Numbered from the stretch's first letter, positions 18,316 to 27,420 are shown. The stretch: DNA of 32,000 nucleotides from Vibrio vulnificus CMCP6 (GCF_000039765.1 NC_004459.3:1890001-1922000); one strand, 5' to 3'. Translations and numbers: made by a program. Notes: a model not told the origin generated them from the sequence alone.

Positions 18316-19001
18316 ACAGCCTCCGGTGTACAAATGTTGGCGATAAATTGATTGTAGATCAGAGTAAGATTAGAGAGCACTTGTTCCTGCCCGTCAATGG
18401 GATGAAGTTCCAATTGTTGGCGGAGTTTCTCTGGTGTTAACAGGGTTAGGCATTGCTGAGATGTTGCTAGATGGCTGATATGCCAAGGCTCTGCAGCCAC
18501 GCCTCCTAAGTCTTCCGCATAGGGAAAGAAAAACCCAAAGCGGGACAAGTTCTCTTTTAGCCAGATATGGAATGCTTGCTGGTGTCCAGAGAGGTATTCC
18601 CAAGGTTCCAGTTTGAGCGATTCGTTTTCGGGCAATAGATTGCGCGCAAAGACATCAAAATCGCACCCCCAGTGATGGCGGCTAGCGCCAGGCAAAGCGG
18701 ACCAACGGAGGATGGCCCACATTTTTTCGCTGTCACTGAGCGAGCTTTTATCCATGGGCTGCGAATGATGATCGAGGATCGGAGTTGCAGCGGAAAACTT
18801 ACCATTCCAAATGGCCTTTTGGCGTTGAAAATCACGAAAACCGCTGGCAATTTCCATTTTAAAACCAGCGGTTTGAGCCGCTTCTAGCAGAGTGAAAAGA
18901 TCATTTTTCACCTCAGGGTGGAGCCAAAACCACTTGTCCCCCACTAAAACGTGTTCTAAATGAGACGTTTCGCTGCCAGTCAGCTGCTCAATGGTGTTCA
19001 T
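18300..19001 (-). CDS. M15-family zinc peptidase (VanY / D-Ala-D-Ala or LD-carboxypeptidase-like)
   Basis: 233 aa. [19 protein letters not shown] and EPWHISH correspond to the M15 Zn-ligand/catalytic motifs. I see no obvious signal peptide. Its ATG overlaps the dapE stop (ATGA). Confidence 0.75.
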   Translation of the reverse strand: MNTIEQLTGSETSHLEHVLVGDKWFWLHPEVKNDLFTLLEAAQTAGFKMEIASGFRDFQRQKAIWNGKFSAATPILDHHSQPMDKSSLSDSEKMWAILRWSALPGASRHHWGCDFDVFARNLLPENESLKLEPWEYLSGHQQAFHIWLKENLSRFGFFFPYAEDLGGVAAEPWHISHLATSQQCLTLLTPEKLRQQLELHPIDGQEQVLSNLTLIYNQFIANICTPEAVCKKS

Positions 19002-20131
19002 GCCAATAAGTTTTCCAATGTTTTCTGGTACATATCGGTGAGCTTTTCTAAGTCATCGATCTTCACGCACTCGTTCACTTTATGGATGGTGGCGTTCACC
19101 GGTCCTAGCTCAACTACTTGTCCACCCATTCGTGCGATAAAGCGTCCGTCTGAAGTACCGCCAGTGGTCAGTAACGCGGGTTTGGTTTGGTTGACGCTAT
19201 CGACAGCATCCACCACCGCGTCCAGAAGTGCTCCCGTATCAGTTAGGAATGGGTCGCCGTTGTATGTCCATTTGAGATCGTAATTGAGGTCATGTTGGTC
19301 GAGTGTTTGAGTCACTCGTTCCACAATTCGCTCGTTGCAAAGCTCGGTACTAAAGCGCAAATTGAACTGAACGTGGAACTCACCTGGGATAACATTGGAC
19401 GCACCCGTACCCGCTTGTACGTTCGGGATCTGGAAGCTGGTTGGCGGGAAGTATTCATTACCCTTGTCCCACTCAGTGGTCGCTAGGGCGTGAATTGCCA
19501 AAAGCGATTTGTGCACTGGGTTGTCCGCAAGATGAGGGTAAGCCACATGGCCTTGAGTCCCTTTGACGGTCAAGTCGCCAGTGATCGAACCACGACGACC
19601 ATTTTTTACTACATCACCAACGACTTCGGTGCTTGATGGCTCGCCGACAATACACATGTCGATGTTTTCATCACGCGCCATCAACGTTTCCACAACGCGA
19701 ACCGTGCCATTGATAAACGGGCCTTCCTCATCTGAGGTGATCAGGAAACCGATAGAACCCTGATGATCGGGATGTTCTGCGATAAAACGCTCCGTCGCGA
19801 CGATCATTGCTGCCAATGAGCCTTTCATATCCGCAGCCCCACGGCCATACAAATAGCCTTCTTTTTCGGTCGGTTCAAAAGGCGGTGTGTGCCAATGCTC
19901 TAATTTTCCAGCGGGCACCACGTCAGTGTGGCCTGCAAAGGCGAAGAGTGGCGCTTGTGTGCCACGGCGAGCCCAAAAGTTGGTGGTATCTTCAAACACC
20001 ATGCGCTCAATGGTAAAACCAAGAGCCTCTAGGCGCGCTATCATGACATCTTGGCAACCGGCGTCTTCGGGGGTTACCGACTGGCGACTGATGAGATCTT
20101 TGGTTAGAGCCAGTACTGGGCTGTCTGTCAT
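18998..20131 (-). CDS. dapE: Succinyl-diaminopimelate desuccinylase DapE
   Basis: Start set at [27 protein letters not shown] (ATG at 20131), giving 377 aa. M20 peptidase motifs ([17 protein letters not shown]). The track ORF adds 24 N-terminal codons. Confidence 0.93.
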   Translation of the reverse strand: MTDSPVLALTKDLISRQSVTPEDAGCQDVMIARLEALGFTIERMVFEDTTNFWARRGTQAPLFAFAGHTDVVPAGKLEHWHTPPFEPTEKEGYLYGRGAADMKGSLAAMIVATERFIAEHPDHQGSIGFLITSDEEGPFINGTVRVVETLMARDENIDMCIVGEPSSTEVVGDVVKNGRRGSITGDLTVKGTQGHVAYPHLADNPVHKSLLAIHALATTEWDKGNEYFPPTSFQIPNVQAGTGASNVIPGEFHVQFNLRFSTELCNERIVERVTQTLDQHDLNYDLKWTYNGDPFLTDTGALLDAVVDAVDSVNQTKPALLTTGGTSDGRFIARMGGQVVELGPVNATIHKVNECVKIDDLEKLTDMYQKTLENLLA

Positions 20132-20147
20132 CCTTGATAATCCTTCA

Positions 20148-20495
20148 TTAATTGAAAATTTTTGAATACTGTTCTGCTTTAAAGCCAACGTGTAGCTGGT
20201 CATTGACTCGCAAAATTGGGCGTTTGATCATCGCAGGGTGTGCGACTAGCAAATCAACGGCGGTTGTCTCATTGAGCGACTCTTTTTGCTCGTCAGTCAA
20301 CTGACGGAAGGTGGTGCCGCGCTTATTAAGCACTTGCTCCCAAGTCAATTGCTGACAAAACTCACTCACAAGTTCCGCGTTAATACCTTGCTTACGATAA
20401 TCATGAAATTCGTAAGCAACGCCTGCGTCTTCTAGCCATTTTTTGGCTTTCTTAATGGTGTCGCAGTTAGGAATGCCATACATGGTAATGGTCAC
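20148..20495 (-). CDS. yffB: ArsC/Spx-family protein YffB
   Basis: ...[21 protein letters not shown]... resembles the N-terminus of E. coli YffB. Lies 16 nt upstream of dapE, as the E. coli yffB-dapE pair. Start taken at GTG 20495 (AAGGA RBS); ATG 20483 is the alternative. Confidence 0.8.
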   Translation of the reverse strand: MTITMYGIPNCDTIKKAKKWLEDAGVAYEFHDYRKQGINAELVSEFCQQLTWEQVLNKRGTTFRQLTDEQKESLNETTAVDLLVAHPAMIKRPILRVNDQLHVGFKAEQYSKIFN

Positions 20496-20699
20496 GTGTT
20501 TTTCCTTTTGGGCTAATTCTTTTTGTTGTGTTTTGCATCCTATCAAGAAGCGACAGAACACACAAAATATCGTCAGGAATATTTTGAAGTTCAAAAAAAC
20601 TCACACTTTCGCTAAGGGGATTGGAGAGTTATTGATCAACCTCAACAAAAGACTGAGAAAAAAAGAAATAATGAGTTAGCACAAGTTTAGGAGGTGTCA

Positions 20700-20987
20700 A
20701 TGGAATTGAGTCCTGTTTTCGCAAGGCGGCTGTATTTGGCCTTATTGGTGGAGAACCTTGAAAGGCCAAATGTGCCTAAGTTAATCGAAAAAACGGGGTG
20801 GCCTCGTCGTACTATTCAAGATGTACTGAAGGCGCTGCCGGGGATTGGAATCGAACTTATGTTTGTTCAAGATGGCCGACGTCATAATGATGGTTATTAC
20901 CAACTGTCAGACTGGGGACCATTTGATAGCCAATGGGTTATGGAACGTGAGAAAGATATCGCCAGCAGCCTTGGATTTCGTGCGTAA
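20700..20987 (+). CDS. Small (95 aa) winged-helix/HTH-like protein of unknown function
   Basis: ATG at 20700 lies 5 nt after AGGAGG. The segment VPKLIEKTGWPRRTIQDVLKAL looks like an HTH. A terminator follows. Confidence 0.55.
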   Translation: MELSPVFARRLYLALLVENLERPNVPKLIEKTGWPRRTIQDVLKALPGIGIELMFVQDGRRHNDGYYQLSDWGPFDSQWVMEREKDIASSLGFRA

Positions 20988-21010
20988 GCCAGCATTCGCT
21001 GGCTTTTTTT
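20988..21010 (+). terminator. Rho-independent terminator after the small HTH gene
   Basis: gccagc attc gctggc followed by T7. It overlaps the stop of the convergent lipoprotein gene. Confidence 0.75.
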
Positions 21011-21341
21011 ATTGGCAGCGATAAGCGGTGCCAAGCAAGCTAAAAGAGGTGACAAACGCCTGCGGTGCAATGACGAAGATGGTGTCTGCATCTAATTCTT
21101 TGGCATTGTTTTTCAAATCATTGACCGCTCCCTGCATCATGGTGTCATTGCTGAAGAAGAGATAGCTATACCAATGACCTTCATTTCCTGTCACCGTGCC
21201 AAGATACTGACAATGTTTAGGATTAAACTGGTCATCAATGCGGATTTCGATTGCTTGTGAGCCGGAAAGTGGCAGATGGGTTGGGGTGGTACACCCTGCT
21301 AAAAACAGGCTAGCAAGTAACAATAAGCCGATGTTTTTCAT
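21009..21341 (-). CDS. Small lipoprotein, DUF4156-like
   Basis: 110 aa. Signal peptide plus lipobox LLASLFLAGC|TT, and Cys near the C-terminus. The family name is from memory. Confidence 0.6.
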   Translation of the reverse strand: MKNIGLLLLASLFLAGCTTPTHLPLSGSQAIEIRIDDQFNPKHCQYLGTVTGNEGHWYSYLFFSNDTMMQGAVNDLKNNAKELDADTIFVIAPQAFVTSFSLLGTAYRCQ

Positions 21342-21342
21342 A

Positions 21343-21705
21343 TTATTTCCTCATCATGGCGTAAACAATAAAACCCAACCAGCTAACAATCAGCAGCCCC
21401 CAAGGAAGTATACGTACAAATTGGCTTGGTGTTGGGGGCGTTGCTTGAGTGTCGAATATTTCGTCTTCAGTCGAGCTCTGTTGCTCTTTGCTTTTATCGC
21501 GTAATTGCTTCTTACGCATTTTGTCCGCTTGACGATGCTTCTCTTTTTGCTGCTTTTTATAAAGCGCGATGCCTTTCTCAATGCCTTGTGCGATCAGTTT
21601 GGTTTGTTCTTTGGTTTGCCCAGGCTTTTGTGTCGCTCTAGCGATTTTGAGTGCTTCTTGCTGAGATTCTGGTGACGGTGTGATTGTGTGGTGTTTCATC
21701 ATCAT
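21343..21705 (-). CDS. Conserved hypothetical protein with a Lys/Gln-rich middle and a C-terminal TM helix (DUF2956-like)
   Basis: 120 aa. Highly charged KKQQKEKHRQADKMRKKQLRDK region, then ILPWGLLIVSWLGFIVYAMM. Its stop is 1 nt from the lipoprotein start. Confidence 0.5.
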   Translation of the reverse strand: MMMKHHTITPSPESQQEALKIARATQKPGQTKEQTKLIAQGIEKGIALYKKQQKEKHRQADKMRKKQLRDKSKEQQSSTEDEIFDTQATPPTPSQFVRILPWGLLIVSWLGFIVYAMMRK

Positions 21706-21807
21706 AAGTCTGCTGTAAAAGAGATGGCATTAGTCTAACCTTTGCGGGTTACTAATTGAATCATTTGCGTTAAAGTGTCGCGAGTCCCATTGATTAAGAT
21801 TTAGATT

Positions 21808-22284
21808 TTGCGATATTCGATAGATCATTATGACAACCAAGGTTATCTCAAAGCGCCTTTGTTGCTTTGGTTTGGTTGGTTTTTTTTAGCCCGAGCTTGG
21901 GTGGTCTTTGCTGGTGCAGGGGCAAGCCGCGAGAGTGGCGGCAAGATCTTGCAAATTGTTTACCCTGATAACCATACCCTCTATTTAGGTCTTCTGATTG
22001 GCATTCCAAGTGTTTTGCTGATGTGGATTATGGGATTGAGAAAGCCCGGCCGCCAATGGATTGATAAACTGACCAACTATGGACGGGGTTTCACCTTATG
22101 TTTGGTGTTAGGGCAAATTGTGCAGACGACCTACCATGTTTATCTGGAACATGGCGAGTTTAGCTGGACCAATGGGTTAACCCTATTAATACTACTTTGG
22201 TTTGGTATTTACGTATTCAATAGTCAGTGGGTAAAAGATTGTTTTCATGTCCCTAATTTACCCACAGACGACAACCTTAACTGA
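21808..22284 (+). CDS. Inner-membrane protein, YfeZ/DUF2919-like
   Basis: 158 aa with several TM helices (LLLWFGWFFLARAWVVF). TTG start, with no in-frame ATG nearby. Lies directly upstream of yfeX. Confidence 0.55.
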   Translation: MRYSIDHYDNQGYLKAPLLLWFGWFFLARAWVVFAGAGASRESGGKILQIVYPDNHTLYLGLLIGIPSVLLMWIMGLRKPGRQWIDKLTNYGRGFTLCLVLGQIVQTTYHVYLEHGEFSWTNGLTLLILLWFGIYVFNSQWVKDCFHVPNLPTDDNLN

Positions 22285-22346
22285 CGATCATCAATAATTA
22301 TCCGTCAGTTTCGCCCTACACTGGGGGCAAAAAAGAGGAGTTTATT

Positions 22347-23249
22347 ATGTCACTTGCTCAAACGGCGATTCTGCCAGAAGCGGGCCCATTCGCGTTATAC
22401 ACTTTGCTTAAAATCAACCACAATCCAGCAAAGGTATTGGCTCAATTACAATCACTGCCAGCATTGGTTGAAGAGCTCAATCAATCTCAGCCTGATGCAG
22501 AGTTGACGCTTTCTATTGCGTTTAGCAAGTCGTTTTGGCAGCAATTGGATATGGCGATGCCAGCGGAGCTGATCGATTTCCCTGTATTGGGTGAAGGGGA
22601 GATTGTTGCGCCTTCAACGGATGTGGATGTGTTACTGCATTGTCATTCCAAACGTCATGACCTGCATTTCTACTTGCTGCGTAAACTGCTGTCAGAGGTT
22701 GCAGAAGATATTACTGTCGTCGATGAAACCTACGGGTATCGTTATCTTGATTCGCGCGATATGACCATGTTTGTTGATGGCACTGAAAATCCGAAAGCAG
22801 AAAAACGCGCGGAAGTGGCGTTGATCCCAGACGGTGAATTTGCTGGTGGCAGCTATGTTATGGTTCAGCGATTTGAGCACAACCTACCTGCTTGGAATCG
22901 ATTGAATGTGTCTGCTCAGGAGAAAGTGATTGGCCGCACCAAACCGGATTCTATTGAGCTGGACGATGTCCCTGCTGCCTCGCATGTTGGCCGAGTGGAC
23001 ATTAAAGAAGAAGGCAAAGGGCTTAAGATTGTTCGTCACAGCTTACCGTATGGCAGTGTGACTGGTTCGCATGGCTTGCTGTTTATCGCCTACTGCCACA
23101 CATTGCACAATTTCAAAGCGATGCTTGAGAGCATGTATGGTGTCACTGACGGTAAAACAGACCAATTGTTGCGTTTCACCAAAGCGGTCACCGGTGCGTA
23201 TTTCTTCGCGCCATCGAAAGAGATGCTGAGCGCATTAGCCGTAAAATAA
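22347..23249 (+). CDS. yfeX: Dye-decolorizing (DyP-type) haem peroxidase YfeX
   Basis: 300 aa. DMTMFVDGTENP, GGSYVMVQRFEHNL, VIGRTK, GLKIVRHSLPYG and LRFTKAVTGAYFFAPS are collinear with E. coli YfeX. Confidence 0.9.
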   Translation: MSLAQTAILPEAGPFALYTLLKINHNPAKVLAQLQSLPALVEELNQSQPDAELTLSIAFSKSFWQQLDMAMPAELIDFPVLGEGEIVAPSTDVDVLLHCHSKRHDLHFYLLRKLLSEVAEDITVVDETYGYRYLDSRDMTMFVDGTENPKAEKRAEVALIPDGEFAGGSYVMVQRFEHNLPAWNRLNVSAQEKVIGRTKPDSIELDDVPAASHVGRVDIKEEGKGLKIVRHSLPYGSVTGSHGLLFIAYCHTLHNFKAMLESMYGVTDGKTDQLLRFTKAVTGAYFFAPSKEMLSALAVK

Positions 23250-23267
23250 TCTGGCCGCTATTTTTGA

Positions 23268-23299
23268 AAGCCCTTCCTAATATGTGAAGGGCTTTTTTA
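23268..23299 (+). terminator. Rho-independent terminator after yfeX
   Basis: aagcccttc (23268-23276) / gaagggctt (23286-23294), followed by a T-run. Confidence 0.8.
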
Positions 23300-23322
23300 T
23301 TTGCCCTTGTTAAAAATAGCGC

Positions 23323-23349
23323 TAAACCTTTGACTGTTTTGGTCGATAA
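23323..23349 (+). promoter_or_regulatory. Sigma28 (FliA)-type promoter of flagellin 1
   Basis: TAAA (23323-23326), 15 nt, GTCGATAA (23342-23349). The consensus is TAAA-N15-GCCGATAA. It is 34 nt upstream of the start codon. Confidence 0.7.
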
Positions 23350-23382
23350 GTATCCAAAGCCTTAATTTCAGGACCAATATTT

Positions 23383-24516
23383 GTGGCGATCACCGTTAAT
23401 ACCAATGTGGCAGCACTTGTCGCACAGCGTCATTTGACCAGTGCAACCGACATGCTGAATCAATCCTTGGAGCGTTTGTCTTCAGGGAAGCGTATTAATA
23501 GTGCAAAAGACGATGCGGCAGGGCTGCAAATTTCGAATCGTCTTCAGTCGCAAATGCGTGGTTTAGATATCGCGGTGCGAAATGCCAATGATGGCATCTC
23601 CATTATGCAGACTGCGGAAGGGGCAATGAATGAAACCACTAATATTCTCCAAAGGATGCGTGATCTTTCATTGCAATCCGCCAATGGTTCCAATAGCTAT
23701 GCTGAAAGAATAGCCTTACAAGAAGAAATGACCGCGTTAAATGACGAGTTGAACCGTATCGCAGAAACCACCTCGTTCGGTGGGCGTAAATTGCTCAATG
23801 GTTCCTTTGGCTCGGCTGCCTTTCAGATAGGGGCAGCGTCAGGTGAAGCGGTGCAAGTGCAACTGAAGTCGATGCGCAGTGATGGTATTGATATGGGTGG
23901 CTTCAGTTACATTGCAAACGGACGTGCCCGTTCTGATTGGCAAGTAAAAGAGGGGGCGAATGCGCTTAGCATGTCATTCACGAATCGTTTTGGTGAAACA
24001 GAAACGATCCAAATTAATGCGAAAGCCGGCGATGATATCGAAGAGCTTGCGACCTACATTAATGGTCAGACTGACAAAGTCACGGCATCGGTGAATGAAG
24101 AAGGTCAGCTACAGTTGTTTATGGCCGGCGAAGAAACCTCAGGAACGTTATCGTTTTCAGGAGACTTAGCCAGTGAACTCGGTTTGCAACTAAAAGGTTA
24201 CGATGCGGTGGATAATATCGACATTACTTCTGTCGGTGGCGCTCAACAAGCAGTGGCTGTCCTTGATACCGCGATGAAATACGTCGATAGTCATCGTGCT
24301 GAGCTAGGGGCATATCAAAACCGCTTCAGCCATGCGATTAATAACCTCGACAACATCCACGAAAACTTGGCGACATCAAACAGTCGCATTCAAGATACAG
24401 ACTATGCGAAGGAAACCACGCGCATGGTCAAACAACAGATCCTACAGCAAGTCAGTACTTCTATTTTGGCGCAGGCGAAAAAAGGGCCGAATCTCGCGTT
24501 GACCTTGCTGGGATAA
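23383..24516 (+). CDS. Polar flagellin, paralog 1, the most divergent copy (position of flaE in V. cholerae naming, flaF in V. parahaemolyticus naming)
   Basis: 377 aa with a GTG start, (M)[17 protein letters not shown]... ending ...[17 protein letters not shown]. Conserved flagellin N and C domains. Confidence 0.93.
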   Translation: MAITVNTNVAALVAQRHLTSATDMLNQSLERLSSGKRINSAKDDAAGLQISNRLQSQMRGLDIAVRNANDGISIMQTAEGAMNETTNILQRMRDLSLQSANGSNSYAERIALQEEMTALNDELNRIAETTSFGGRKLLNGSFGSAAFQIGAASGEAVQVQLKSMRSDGIDMGGFSYIANGRARSDWQVKEGANALSMSFTNRFGETETIQINAKAGDDIEELATYINGQTDKVTASVNEEGQLQLFMAGEETSGTLSFSGDLASELGLQLKGYDAVDNIDITSVGGAQQAVAVLDTAMKYVDSHRAELGAYQNRFSHAINNLDNIHENLATSNSRIQDTDYAKETTRMVKQQILQQVSTSILAQAKKGPNLALTLLG

Positions 24517-24529
24517 GCGCCGGAGTGAC

Positions 24530-24545
24530 TGGCACAGAGCTTGCG
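24530..24545 (+). promoter_or_regulatory. Sigma54 (RpoN) -24/-12 promoter element
   Basis: TGGCAC-AGAGC-TTGCG against the consensus TGGCAC-N5-TTGCW. It starts 14 nt after the flagellin 1 stop codon and is about 280 nt upstream of the flagellin 2 ATG. Confidence 0.6.
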
Positions 24546-24715
24546 ATACAAAAGAGAGCAAGTAAGTAGGAGTGGGCTGGAAAAAAGTGAACAGCTCTTA
24601 TCGACAGGACCATTCAAATCTTTAGTCCTATTTTTGATGTTTTTATACTTTTTACCGCTTTAATCACGAAAACCCCTTCAAACAAACTTTTTTCAAAAAA
24701 ATCGCATTTTTTTCC

Positions 24716-24742
24716 TAAAGGATTTCCAAACCGAGCCGTTAA
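24716..24742 (+). promoter_or_regulatory. Sigma28-type promoter of flagellin 2
   Basis: TAAA (24716-24719), 15 nt, GCCGTTAA (24735-24742). A/T-rich tract upstream. The ATG is about 80 nt downstream. Confidence 0.75.
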
Positions 24743-24823
24743 TAGAAATAACTTTGAGAGAACTACTTGGTTTTCCGAGACGTCGGAAACCGTAATATCG
24801 GAAAATCAATTGGAGAATTCATC

Positions 24824-25957
24824 ATGGCAGTGAATGTAAATACAAACGTAGCAGCAATGACAGCACAGCGTTACCTGAATAACGCAAACAGCGCACAACA
24901 AACTTCGATGGAGCGTCTGTCTTCAGGTTTCAAAATCAACAGTGCAAAAGATGACGCAGCCGGTCTGCAAATCTCTAACCGCTTGAACGTACAAAGTCGC
25001 GGTCTAGACGTTGCGGTACGTAACGCCAACGACGGTATCTCAATCGCACAAACCGCAGAAGGTGCGATGAACGAGACCACCAACATCCTACAACGTATGC
25101 GTGACCTATCTCTACAATCCGCGAACGGCTCAAACTCAAAATCAGAGCGCGTGGCGATTCAAGAAGAAGTGACAGCATTGAATGACGAGCTAAACCGTAT
25201 TGCAGAAACCACGTCTTTTGGTGGTAACAAGCTGCTAAACGGTACTTACGGCACGAAAGCAATGCAAATTGGTGCGGATAACGGTGAAGCGGTCATGCTT
25301 TCACTGAAAGACATGCGCTCTGACAACGTGATGATGGGCGGCGTGAGCTACCAAGCTGAAGAAGGCAAAGACAAGAACTGGAATGTGGCCGCAGGCGACA
25401 ACGACTTGACGATTGCACTGACAGACAGCTTTGGTAACGAGCAAGAGATCGAAATCAACGCGAAAGCGGGTGATGACATCGAAGAGCTAGCGACGTACAT
25501 CAACGGTCAAACTGACCTTGTAAAAGCGTCAGTGGGTGAAGGCGGCAAGCTACAGATCTTTGCTGGTAACAACAAAGTTCAAGGTGAAATTGCTTTCTCA
25601 GGTAGCCTAGCTGGTGAACTTGGCCTAGGCGAAGGCAAAAACGTCACGGTAGACACGATTGACGTGACAACCGTACAAGGTGCGCAAGAGTCGGTAGCGA
25701 TTGTGGATGCGGCACTGAAATACGTAGACAGCCACCGTGCAGAGCTGGGTGCATTCCAGAACCGTTTCAACCATGCAATCAGCAACTTGGACAACATCAA
25801 CGAAAACGTGAACGCGTCGAAGAGCCGAATCAAAGATACCGACTTCGCGAAAGAAACGACTCAGTTGACCAAGACACAAATTCTATCGCAAGCATCAAGT
25901 TCCATTCTTGCGCAAGCGAAACAAGCGCCAAACTCAGCGCTAAGTCTACTAGGCTAA
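24824..25957 (+). CDS. Polar flagellin, paralog 2 (flaD / flaB position)
   Basis: [19 protein letters not shown]..., 377 aa. ATG at 24824 with a GGAGA RBS. The track ORF from 24767 adds 19 implausible codons that overlap the leader. Confidence 0.95.
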   Translation: MAVNVNTNVAAMTAQRYLNNANSAQQTSMERLSSGFKINSAKDDAAGLQISNRLNVQSRGLDVAVRNANDGISIAQTAEGAMNETTNILQRMRDLSLQSANGSNSKSERVAIQEEVTALNDELNRIAETTSFGGNKLLNGTYGTKAMQIGADNGEAVMLSLKDMRSDNVMMGGVSYQAEEGKDKNWNVAAGDNDLTIALTDSFGNEQEIEINAKAGDDIEELATYINGQTDLVKASVGEGGKLQIFAGNNKVQGEIAFSGSLAGELGLGEGKNVTVDTIDVTTVQGAQESVAIVDAALKYVDSHRAELGAFQNRFNHAISNLDNINENVNASKSRIKDTDFAKETTQLTKTQILSQASSSILAQAKQAPNSALSLLG

Positions 25958-26010
25958 TCGCCTTAACTAGACAGAAATCTCATTGGCTCGTGGTGAGAGA
26001 TGAGCGAGTA

Positions 26011-26037
26011 AAGCCTGACTTCGGTCAGGCTTTTTTT
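26011..26037 (+). terminator. Rho-independent terminator after flagellin 2
   Basis: aagcctgac ttcg gtcaggctt followed by T7. Confidence 0.9.
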
Positions 26038-26113
26038 ATGCGCTATTATTTAGGGAGAAGTCACACTTTTTAACCCAACCAAAGAAATATTAAAAAAAAC
26101 GAAAAATTCTCCT

Positions 26114-26140
26114 AAAGGTATTCTTTTGGTGGCCGTTAAA
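26114..26140 (+). promoter_or_regulatory. Sigma28-type promoter of flagellin 3
   Basis: TAAA (26114-26117), 15 nt, GCCGTTAA (26133-26140). The local context TCCTAAAGG...GCCGTTAA is the same as in the flagellin 2 promoter. Confidence 0.75.
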
Positions 26141-26219
26141 GGACTGAGAGAAATGAGATGTACCAAAGTGAGGTGAGAGACACGATGGTGCATCAGCAAA
26201 AAGCCTAAGGAGATCATTT

Positions 26220-27350
26220 ATGGCTATCAATGTAAACACTAACGTGTCAGCAATGACCGCACAGCGTTACCTAAACCAGGCCGCTGAAGGTCAACAAAAA
26301 TCAATGGAGCGTTTGTCTTCGGGCTATAAAATCAATAGCGCGAAAGATGATGCTGCAGGTCTACAAATTTCTAACCGTTTGAACTCGCAAAGCCGTGGTC
26401 TCGACATGGCGGTTAAAAATGCCAACGATGGTATCTCTATTGCACAGACTGCTGAAGGTGCAATGACAGAGACCACCAACATCCTACAACGTATGCGTGA
26501 CCTTGCCTTGCAATCGTCTAACGGTTCGAACTCTCGTTCTGAACGCGTGGCGATTCAAGAAGAAGTGTCAGCGTTGAACCAAGAACTTAACCGTATCGCA
26601 GAGACAACCTCTTTTGGTGGTAACAAACTCCTTAACGGTACGTACGGTTCTCAATCTTTCCAAATCGGTGCTGACTCTGGTGAAGCTGTGATGCTTTCTA
26701 TGGGTAACCTTCGTTCAGATACAGACGCGATGGGCGGCTTGAGCTACAAATCTGAAGAAGGCGTAGGCGCAGATTGGCGTGTAAGCGACAACACTGACTT
26801 CACGATGTCTTATGTGAATAAGCAAGGTGAAGAAAAAGAGATCACAGTCAACGCCAAAGCGGGTGACGATCTTGAAGAACTGGCGACTTACATCAACGGT
26901 CAAAACGATGATGTGAAAGCGTCGGTCGGTGAAGGCGGCAAACTGCAGCTATTCGCTTCTAACCAACGTGTAGAAGGTGAAGTGGAATTCGGTGGTGGTC
27001 TAGCGTCTGAGTTGAACATTGGTGATGGCACCAAAACCAATGTGAGCAACATTGATGTCACGACGGTTGCTGGCTCTCAAGAAGCAGTAGCGATCATTGA
27101 TGGCGCATTGAAATCGGTAGACAGTGAGCGTGCCTCTCTAGGTGCATTCCAAAACCGTTTCAACCATGCAATCAGCAACCTAAGCAACATCAATGAGAAC
27201 GTAAACGCTTCGAGCAGCCGTATCAAGGATACCGACTACGCGAAAGAAACGACTCAGATGACTAAGACGCAAATTCTGCAGCAGGCGAGTACTTCTATCC
27301 TGGCGCAGGCGAAGCAGTCACCATCTGCAGCTCTTAGCTTGTTGGGCTAA
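26220..27350 (+). CDS. Polar flagellin, paralog 3 (flaB / flaA position)
   Basis: [19 protein letters not shown]..., 376 aa. AAGGAG RBS. Confidence 0.95.
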   Translation: MAINVNTNVSAMTAQRYLNQAAEGQQKSMERLSSGYKINSAKDDAAGLQISNRLNSQSRGLDMAVKNANDGISIAQTAEGAMTETTNILQRMRDLALQSSNGSNSRSERVAIQEEVSALNQELNRIAETTSFGGNKLLNGTYGSQSFQIGADSGEAVMLSMGNLRSDTDAMGGLSYKSEEGVGADWRVSDNTDFTMSYVNKQGEEKEITVNAKAGDDLEELATYINGQNDDVKASVGEGGKLQLFASNQRVEGEVEFGGGLASELNIGDGTKTNVSNIDVTTVAGSQEAVAIIDGALKSVDSERASLGAFQNRFNHAISNLSNINENVNASSSRIKDTDYAKETTQMTKTQILQQASTSILAQAKQSPSAALSLLG

Positions 27351-27420
27351 TACAGCGGCGTGAGCTTAGCTGTACGGTAGTTTACTACTCATAGCTCATA
27401 GAGGTGGAAGGGAGATTGTT

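Larger units (their letters stand above)
23383..27350 (+). repeat. Tandem array of three paralogous flagellin genes
   Basis: Three co-oriented ORFs of 376-377 aa. The N-terminal (about 130 aa) and C-terminal (about 90 aa) regions are visibly near-identical, and all three share the internal INAKAGDD(I/L)[10 protein letters not shown] motif. The central domains are divergent. Confidence 0.95.

Noticed and set aside
20496-20594. N-terminal extension of the yffB ORF (MNFKIFLTIFCVFCRFLIGCKTQQ...) resembling a lipoprotein signal with an LIGC lipobox
   Set aside because: ArsC/Spx-family YffB proteins are small cytoplasmic proteins of about 115-120 aa that begin near the ...YGIxNCDT motif. A GTG with an AAGGA RBS at 20495 gives the expected length, so the lipobox resemblance is most likely coincidental.
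24588-24626. Tiny GTG-initiated ORF (12 codons) downstream of the sigma54 element
   Set aside because: It is far too short and lacks a properly spaced RBS. The region is better considered as leader or non-coding RNA (see findings).
24767-24823. 19-codon upstream extension of flagellin 2 from a non-ATG start
   Set aside because: The other paralogs begin at MA(I/V)(N/T)VNTNV. ATG at 24824 has a GGAGA RBS, and the extension would lie within the leader just downstream of the sigma28 promoter.
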